Shown here: positions 57,653-64,000 of the stretch, in pieces | How the letters are laid out: each line of letters opens with the position of its first letter | Numbering within the stretch: position 1 is the stretch's first letter | Assembly (NCBI GenBank): GCA_964580055.1 | Contig: CAZOJI010000006.1 | Coordinates: forward strand, 6,409 to 70,408 | Source of the DNA: an uncultured Gemmatimonadaceae bacterium | Lineage (GTDB): Bacteria > Gemmatimonadota > Gemmatimonadetes > Gemmatimonadales > GWC2-71-9 | DNA length: 64,000 nucleotides | Direction: 5' to 3' | Program-made: the position numbers and the translations under genes | The notes under the pieces: generated by a model | Databases searched by the model: none | What the model saw: the letters and a program-made list of their open reading frames with translations, nothing else | What the model was told of the DNA's origin: nothing

Positions 57653-57853
57653 ATGAGGCGCACACCGCGACAGCCCGTATGCCCAACCTGCGGCGAAGAC
57701 CTAACTGTCAGCACGTTCACCTTCGCTTCTCTCAGGGGACACAACTCGGACAGAATTACACGCCTGGTCACATGTTACACTTGCAACCGCGCTCTCATGT
57801 TCGAGAGCAGAAACGAACTGTCCGAACTCAAGAAACAGGGATCAGCAGATTGA
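57653..57853 (+). CDS. possible small zinc-ribbon protein
   Basis: 66 aa from the ATG at 57653, with CPTC...CYTC cysteine pairs. Weak support only. Confidence 0.3.
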   Translation: MRRTPRQPVCPTCGEDLTVSTFTFASLRGHNSDRITRLVTCYTCNRALMFESRNELSELKKQGSAD

Positions 57854-58107
57854 GACCAGTGGAGAGCGGCGGTAGCCCTGGGGATTGCACCAACTCCAGG
57901 GGGAAACGGCATAAGTCAGGTGCCGCGTCAGTGCGCCCAGGGTCCGCCAAGTACAAAACTCAACATTGAACAACTCGACCATATGTCCGTTACGTAACGC
58001 GCAGGCAACAGCCGGCTCAGCGGGGCTCGCGTTCATTCCTCTTCGACGCAGCGCTCTGCTGCACCTCAGGTCACCTCAGTGAAGGACCCGATGAGTGGTC
58101 AGCGACA

Positions 58108-58151
58108 GCCCCGAGCGCTATATGGCACTCGGATGGCACTCGGGGCTTTTT
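58108..58151 (+). terminator. rho-independent terminator (plus-strand polarity)
   Basis: GCCCCGAG-23 nt loop-CTCGGGGC followed by TTTTT. The loop contains a direct repeat GGCACTCGG x2. Confidence 0.55.
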
Positions 58152-58215
58152 GGGGAATCCAGCCTACGGTGGCCCAACAATCAAAGGGTAGACTTATCCA
58201 GACAGGCTCCTGGGA

Positions 58216-58827
58216 TCAGGAACCGCCCGTGAAACCCAGCGCTCCGGAGTAGCTGATTCCGCACACGCTGCCGCTGCCCTGTTGGGTGGAATAGTCGACG
58301 TCCACCTCAATTCCGCACTCGCCCGACCTTCCGTCGGAGCTCTCATAGCGAAACCCACCGCCCATCGAAAAAGACCCGGTGAGAGAGCTACCCGAGAATG
58401 CATAATCCCCCTGCATCTCGAGGTTGGGGTTGCCGTTGACCGTGAATGTGGGTCCGCTCGTCGCCATCGTTTGGCAATTGCTGATGGTCTCGGTGAAATC
58501 GAACTCGAGGTCCAGAGCAAAGGTCTGGTCGTCGAAAGAGCCCTTGATGCTGCCCGTGATGCCTACCGACCCTCCACCAGCGTAGTCAGCTGACTCATTG
58601 ATCGTCTCGTCGATGGTGTGTGTCGCTGCGGGCGCAGCCCGGGGGGCATTCGTAACATCGTCAAATCCTTGCGACATCACTCCAAGCACCTCGTTCAGTA
58701 CCTCGGTGGCCTCGGCCTCAGACAAGGGATCGCCACTCGTGGGGCCGGCGCCGTTGTCATCGCCGCAGCTCGCCACGGTCAAAGCCAACACCGACACAAC
58801 AGCCGTCGTACAAATCAACTTCCGCAT
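58216..58827 (-). CDS. hypothetical lipoprotein
   Basis: Lipobox LALTVASCGDD. Gly/Ser-rich beta-like protein of 203 aa. No family recognised. Confidence 0.65.
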   Translation of the reverse strand: MRKLICTTAVVSVLALTVASCGDDNGAGPTSGDPLSEAEATEVLNEVLGVMSQGFDDVTNAPRAAPAATHTIDETINESADYAGGGSVGITGSIKGSFDDQTFALDLEFDFTETISNCQTMATSGPTFTVNGNPNLEMQGDYAFSGSSLTGSFSMGGGFRYESSDGRSGECGIEVDVDYSTQQGSGSVCGISYSGALGFTGGS

Positions 58828-59054
58828 GCATCCTCCTGGTGATCTGCCTTTTTGGGAGGCGTGTCTTGGGTATTGTATGGAAGTGGAGCGCCAAAAAAGC
58901 CCGTCCGCTCACAGGGGAAAATGTAAGGCGCCCTTCCATCTCAATGCAGCGGCTACCCGCTCTTGTTACGCTAGAAAGACGGCTCTTTTACAAGTACTTC
59001 CGAACGCTCGCTTCTGCGCCACAGGTCGACGGAAGGATCGCACACCGCACCGCT

Positions 59055-60377
59055 TTATTGCCCTGGACTCTCACCCCGCTCCGGCGAGTACGAGGCCGCG
59101 GGAAACCGGAGCTGCAACCGAGGCCGGCATTCGTGTGCCTTCCCTCCATCAGTTATCTGCCAAATCAACCATACCATCGCCGCGTTCGGCACCGTCAATA
59201 GACCTACTACCGGTGCATTCGCCTGGGAATCAGTTGCCGCCACGTAGAGCAACAAACCGCACAGTGACCCAACAGCAATAGCAACCACAAGGGGAACAGC
59301 AATGCGAGCCGCCCACGGCACCCGCAGCAGCGAAAGCGGAAACACCACCGCCAGTGGAACGGCAAGTGGATTGAGAAACAGCAGGTTCTCGTTCCAAGCA
59401 GTGGCCCAATGATTCGTTTGTACCCACAATAGCATCAATGCCGCACCCGCAGTCCCGATGAGCAAGATCCAGAACCCAACCACGATCCGCGCCAGCAACA
59501 GTCCGCTTCTTCCCCTGGACGCGAACCCTCCTATACTGATCACCAGCACGGCAAGGCCCGCTCCGAAAAGGTGCCAGATGGACTGCGAATTGCCGTTCAT
59601 CTGAGGGGTTACCTCGAACGAACCCTCAGCCAGTGTCGTCTCGGAACGTACCAGCGGTCGCTCGAAGCCGCTGTCATCGACCAAAGTGATATGGCTCATT
59701 CGCTCCCGCATCGAGAGCGGGGCAAACATCTCATCCCACTCCGAGAGCCGACGATCCGCAGGCCTTCCAAGGGCGAGCGTCATACCCGCGTAGACCCATG
59801 GAGAGCGCGGCACTGCTTCCAGCGTGCGGCTTCGGAACGTAGCCGCCGTCAGCTCTGTGCTCTGAGCCTTGATCTGTCCAGCGGTGGCGAGGTCCAAAGC
59901 ATCGCGAATACGTGTTGAGCAATTGTCCAGGAAATAATCATACTCGTAGTAGCGGTTTGCATCGCGATCGTTCCACTCGAGGAACTCCCGGAGCTTCACT
60001 GTCTCATCTGGCGTCAAATTGACCTCCTGGAGCCAGACTGAGCGTCCGTCCGCAATGGCCTTCCGAAGGTGCGACTCCGAATCGACGCTCTTCAACCAGT
60101 AGATTGGGCGTCCACGCACGAAACGCAGGAGGAAGCCCTCCTGTTCGAAACTGAACATACCGTAGTTGTAGATCCGGCTCGTACCCCTCTGTGGATCGCT
60201 CAGAAGCAATGCGGAGTGTCCGAACCATGTCCAGGTCTGCCTGCCGGGACCAATCGTCACCAGGTAGACGGAAGGGGAGGTGAGATCGACTGCGGACGCC
60301 GCTGGGCGTAGCTGTCCTTCCGCGGCTTCGATTTGGCAGATCCCCAACGCCAAGACTGTCAAAATCGATCGCAACAT
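59055..60377 (-). CDS. DUF4105 (Lnb-like N-terminal periplasmic domain) protein with C-terminal multi-TM region
   Basis: VYLVTIGPGRQTWTWFGHSALLL...RIYNYGMFSF and YDYFLDNCSTRIRDALD are typical of DUF4105. C-terminal half is polytopic. Confidence 0.75.
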   Translation of the reverse strand: MLRSILTVLALGICQIEAAEGQLRPAASAVDLTSPSVYLVTIGPGRQTWTWFGHSALLLSDPQRGTSRIYNYGMFSFEQEGFLLRFVRGRPIYWLKSVDSESHLRKAIADGRSVWLQEVNLTPDETVKLREFLEWNDRDANRYYEYDYFLDNCSTRIRDALDLATAGQIKAQSTELTAATFRSRTLEAVPRSPWVYAGMTLALGRPADRRLSEWDEMFAPLSMRERMSHITLVDDSGFERPLVRSETTLAEGSFEVTPQMNGNSQSIWHLFGAGLAVLVISIGGFASRGRSGLLLARIVVGFWILLIGTAGAALMLLWVQTNHWATAWNENLLFLNPLAVPLAVVFPLSLLRVPWAARIAVPLVVAIAVGSLCGLLLYVAATDSQANAPVVGLLTVPNAAMVWLIWQITDGGKAHECRPRLQLRFPAASYSPERGESPGQ

Positions 60378-60501
60378 GAGTAGGCCAATGTGATGCACTC
60401 GGAATCACGGTTTCGCCACTGTTGCGTATCGGGCGGCGAGCGAACCGGTAACCGATTGCGCCCAGGATGCCGGCTGCGCTACCTGGCGACCCAAAGATGC
60501 A

Positions 60502-61236
60502 CTACGCGGATTCTGTTGACGTCGAGCCGCAGAAACGATCCGGGTAGTTCGTGAAGATGCCGTCCGCCCCCATACGCCTCACCATCGACAGATCGTCTTC
60601 TTCGTTGACCGTGTACACGAAGAACCGCATTCCTCGCTCGTGCGCATCGGCCACGAACTCCACGTTCACGAATTCGAGGCTCGCGTGCACCGACCAGGCG
60701 CCCAGTGCTTCGGCAAAGGCTGCGTAGTCGAGCGGAATCCCCGCGGTCAAAGCTCCGACGCGGATTTCCGGCATCCTCCTTCCAAAATCGAGCAACTCGG
60801 GGTGATCGAACGAAGAGACTAGAAACTGGTCAGCATGCCAGTTGGAATTCGCAAGAACCTCTTCGATCAGCTCGGCTACGGGCCGCGAGGTGCCCTCGCC
60901 CTTCAGCTCTATGTTCACGCCGGCCCGTGCATCCAACAGCTCCAGGACCTCAGAAAGCAGCGGGATCTTCTGCCCCTTGCCGGCGTCCAAAGTGCGGAGG
61001 TACGCAACCGAGGACTCCGACACCCGCCCCGCCCCGTTAGTCGTGCGGTCCAGCCGATCGTCGTGTATCACAAACAACTCACCGCCGGCCGAGTGCACAT
61101 CGGCTTCTACCCAAACGGCGCCCAGATCCAGTGCCTTGGAAAAAGCTGCCAGAGTATTCTCCGGTTCGTAGCCCATGGCACCGCGATGAGCAAAGCAATA
61201 GAAGCCTCCTTGTCCATACTTGATCTTCGGCATCAT
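60502..61236 (-). CDS. glycerophosphodiester phosphodiesterase (GDPD family)
   Basis: FAHRGAMGYEPENT and VEADVHSAGGELFVIHD motifs. GGAGA RBS before tandem ATGs at 61233/61236. Confidence 0.85.
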   Translation of the reverse strand: MMPKIKYGQGGFYCFAHRGAMGYEPENTLAAFSKALDLGAVWVEADVHSAGGELFVIHDDRLDRTTNGAGRVSESSVAYLRTLDAGKGQKIPLLSEVLELLDARAGVNIELKGEGTSRPVAELIEEVLANSNWHADQFLVSSFDHPELLDFGRRMPEIRVGALTAGIPLDYAAFAEALGAWSVHASLEFVNVEFVADAHERGMRFFVYTVNEEDDLSMVRRMGADGIFTNYPDRFCGSTSTESA

Positions 61237-61408
61237 TATCTCCAGGGTTACTCTCATCGCCACCCCGATGACAACCCATTAGACACAAAGGTTTTGACAA
61301 TCGGGTACGACACCTTATTGTATCAAGCGTGACCGACTCGGGCATCGTCCTTCCCAGGCCACCCTCGCGGCGCTGCGGCCAACAGAGCAGTGCGCTCTAC
61401 CAGTGCGC

Positions 61409-62500
61409 ATGCAAAACAACGAAGATCTGAACTCGTCCGGCAAAAAGGGGTTCGCGCGTAAAGCGACGGCGAGCCTGCTGGCTGGGCAGATTCGCCGTTT
61501 CATGCATTGGCTCATCCCGGTCATCGTGCTGGGTACAGTTGCCAATGTGGCATTTGCGTTACTCACAACCGATATCGAAGCTCTGCAGGCGGTTAAGCGC
61601 TCAGCACCCTATGCGTTTGCGTTGGCCGCGGTATTGGCGTTTGTGCCGTGGATTACGGACACCATCCACACGCTGATCTGGGTGCGCTTCGTGGGCGCGA
61701 AGATGAGCGTGGTCGAGGTATTCAAGCTGGTCCTCGCCACCCAGCTCGCGGCATCCCTGACGCCGACGGCTGCGGGAGGCGGATATCTCAAACTGGCGCT
61801 GCTGACGAGATATGGCATTTCGGCCGGTTCCGCCACCTCGCTGGTTTTCTTGCACAGTATAGAGCACACCGTTGTTGCTGCAATCGCGGTGCCGACGGCG
61901 CTCACGATGTCCAACTCCTGGGATCTCCCCATCGTTAGCACCGTCTGGCACTTCATCCAACTGCGGGTCACCGCCTTGGGGCTCTGGGTGATTCCAATAC
62001 TCGGCGCGCTCTTGTTGCTGCTGCAGTTGGCGACCAGGCTCAGCCACAGCCAACACCCGTTCCGTCGCGCACTGCGAAGGGTCACAATGTTCGCGGAGCG
62101 GCTGAGACGGGACTTTCTTGGCGTGTACGTGCTGATCGCGAAACGCGGCAAGATGCGCTTCATGGCGACGTTGGCTGCAACTGCGGTCGGTGATCTTTGT
62201 CGGTTTGCCGTGGTTGTGCCGCTCTTCGCGGCGTTCTCGGTTCCGGTAACACCCGTCCGGGATTGGCTGCTTCAGTGGGTGGTGTTCGTGGCTACCATGG
62301 TGATCCCCATGCCCGGCGGCGCGGGCGGGGCGGAGGCCATGTTCTATCTCGTCTACGGAGCTTACGTGCCACGCGAGATTCTGGGGTTCGTCACGGCGAG
62401 TTGGCGGTTCCTCAGCTTCTATGCCGTGTTGATCGGAGGCGGCCTGATCTTCACCGCACTGTCTTTGAAAAGGTTCAACTCGCGCCCCATCGCTCCTTAA
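61409..62500 (+). CDS. flippase-like / lysylphosphatidylglycerol-synthase TM-region (UPF0104) membrane protein
   Basis: Polytopic protein of about 360 aa. Pattern ..TPTAAGGGYLKLALL.. and ..MPGGAGGAEAMF.. is typical of the UPF0104 family. Confidence 0.7.
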   Translation: MQNNEDLNSSGKKGFARKATASLLAGQIRRFMHWLIPVIVLGTVANVAFALLTTDIEALQAVKRSAPYAFALAAVLAFVPWITDTIHTLIWVRFVGAKMSVVEVFKLVLATQLAASLTPTAAGGGYLKLALLTRYGISAGSATSLVFLHSIEHTVVAAIAVPTALTMSNSWDLPIVSTVWHFIQLRVTALGLWVIPILGALLLLLQLATRLSHSQHPFRRALRRVTMFAERLRRDFLGVYVLIAKRGKMRFMATLAATAVGDLCRFAVVVPLFAAFSVPVTPVRDWLLQWVVFVATMVIPMPGGAGGAEAMFYLVYGAYVPREILGFVTASWRFLSFYAVLIGGGLIFTALSLKRFNSRPIAP

Positions 62501-62659
62501 AGGGACGTATCACAGAGTCGGGGACTATTTCACCCACGAATGAACTCTATAGCGGGAAGTGTCTCTGTAGCTTATCGGCCAAGGCCGTCAGTACCAATGC
62601 CGGCTATTGACGCACCAGTCGCCATTGAGCCTCCGTATCGATGTCGATGGCAATAGGGG

Positions 62660-63676
62660 TCACGCTGTATGGGAAGGATGCGAGGCCCTCTGAGAAAACC
62701 CCACGATATTCCGGGAACACGCTCGGCTGAGGTACTCCCGGCAGACGTCTGCTATCTGCGCGGCTGACGTGCCGCCGTTTTGAATGGGCGCCAGGCGACT
62801 CAACGTCTCCGGATCAATGTCCGAATGGATCTCCTTGTTGAGCGCGTAAGCCACGTACGTTACGGACGAGTACCGCGCCACCAGGGCATCGCAGTTGGCT
62901 ATCATGTGATCTGTGTTGCCGTCCGAGAACACCGCGGCATGCGGAGCGTGATGTTCAATCTCCCGCGTGGCGCGGTCTACTCGCTCCAGGGGATGGAGCT
63001 TGAAGATCAAATCGCGACCGTTCGCAATGCGTAGCGCCTTCTCGATAAACGCCCTTCGGTTTTCATAGCGCAGCACTTCACGACGCGGAGATGTGGCGGC
63101 CAACACATAGCCTCGGTGTGGAAAGTCGTTATCGATCAGCGCAGCTACGTTATCGAAGTTGGGGATCCCCGTCACGCGGAGGCAGTCCGGATCTACCTGC
63201 TTGCCTATGAACAGATCGCGATACCCCTCGGACGCCACGCAAAACGCACAATACCTTCCAGAAAGCCCGGTGGTGGAGGTGTTTGCCAGCCAACGGGGCA
63301 GCCTCAAACTCCTCACGACCCAGTAGCGCCAATCCTCCGGGTCCGTGATTCCTTCCTGGACCAACACGACCTTCTTACCGTGGATGCCCCTCGGAACGAT
63401 TACGTCGGTGGCGGTGACCACGAGATCGTATTCACGCGCCGTGCCGCGGTAGTCGATGAGCAAATCGTGCTCGCGCAGATAGTCGAATGTGCGCTGACGG
63501 GCCCGATCCCCCAGAATGGAGTGAGGGAGCATTCCGGCCTCGGCGAGCCAGTGCATCAGGCCATCGGCGAAAAAGGGTGTGTAGTAACATTCACAATCGG
63601 AGAGAAGCTGTCCGATCTTGTGCATGATTGTAGTCTGGTTCAGCGATCCACCGATCAGCAACACCCGTCCAGCCAT
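62660..63676 (-). CDS. putative GT-B-fold glycosyl/glycerophospho-transferase-like protein
   Basis: N-terminal RVLLIGGSLNQ, central VTGIPNFDN and KLHPLER segments resemble MGDG-synthase/TagF/capsule-type transferases. Family not firmly recognised. Confidence 0.55.
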   Translation of the reverse strand: MAGRVLLIGGSLNQTTIMHKIGQLLSDCECYYTPFFADGLMHWLAEAGMLPHSILGDRARQRTFDYLREHDLLIDYRGTAREYDLVVTATDVIVPRGIHGKKVVLVQEGITDPEDWRYWVVRSLRLPRWLANTSTTGLSGRYCAFCVASEGYRDLFIGKQVDPDCLRVTGIPNFDNVAALIDNDFPHRGYVLAATSPRREVLRYENRRAFIEKALRIANGRDLIFKLHPLERVDRATREIEHHAPHAAVFSDGNTDHMIANCDALVARYSSVTYVAYALNKEIHSDIDPETLSRLAPIQNGGTSAAQIADVCREYLSRACSRNIVGFSQRASHPSHTA

Positions 63677-63830
63677 TTTGCTCCCAGTATGCGGCAAATG
63701 TCGCCGAAAACACTATATGCAGACCATCGTAACTGCAACCTAGGCTCAATGTAACGATTGCGCCGCGATAGAGTGAAGCAACGGCCGCGGGGCATAGAGC
63801 TACGCGGGCAAATGCGGCTTGTCGCACATG

Positions 63831-64000
63831 CTATTCGACGCGGCTGCCAAGGCCAAGCTCAGCGCGCACGTTCTTCTTCGCCTTTACCGACGAGGATTCC
63901 AGCACCGGACCTTTGAGCATATGAAAACCCACCGAGCCGACTATGAGGGGCAGGTAGAACGTAAAGAACCGCCACCCCGCCGTTGCCACACCGAGCAGTC
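63831..64000 (-). CDS. C-terminal end of a membrane protein (partial; 5-prime part outside the window)
   Basis: The frame is open from the window edge to TAG at 63831-63833: ..LLGVATAGWRFFTFYLPLIVGSVGFHMLKGPVLESSSVKAKKNVRAELGLGSRVE*. Confidence 0.4.
   Translation of the reverse strand, partial: LLGVATAGWRFFTFYLPLIVGSVGFHMLKGPVLESSSVKAKKNVRAELGLGSRVE

Noticed and set aside
57880-57960. SRP-RNA-like string AGTCAGGTGCCGCG...
   Set aside because: It lacks the conserved GGAAG/AGCAG domain IV motifs of bacterial 4.5S RNA.

Overview
High-GC (roughly 58-62 percent by eye) bacterial chromosomal segment. It is densely coding, with about 50 intact-looking CDS. I recognised no rRNA, tRNA, CRISPR array, transposase, integrase or phage structural gene. 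Content is housekeeping and metabolic: class I fumarase, GlnRS, cold-shock protein, ornithine cyclodeaminase-like, ACC-deaminase-like, aldo/keto reductase and radical SAM enzymes. There is also a very large exported/envelope complement: many lipoproteins, two DUF5916/CBM9-like barrels, a BNR/sortilin protein, secreted M20 amidohydrolases, alkaline phosphatase and a DUF4105/GDPD/flippase-like lipid cluster. The family mix suggests a Gemmatimonadota/Acidobacteriota-like organism, but that is inference only. Most notable observations: (1) a stand-alone RelA/SpoT-homologue with an uncharacterised C-terminal extension, tail-to-tail with an Arg-rich orphan, as a candidate toxSAS or fused toxin-antitoxin; (2) a two-gene, four-domain nonulosonic-acid cassette (NeuB-SAF-lyxose/mannose-isomerase cupin plus CMP-transferase-HAD phosphatase); (3) a glycosyltransferase plus radical SAM/SPASM pair; (4) at least six short gene remnants or deletion derivatives sitting in spacers, pointing to deletional gene decay; (5) eukaryote-like repeat fusions (ankyrin-TonB_C, HEAT-cyclophilin); (6) an 8 x 8 bp microsatellite abutting a stop codon. 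All functional calls come from motif recognition in the translated ORFs. No database search was run.
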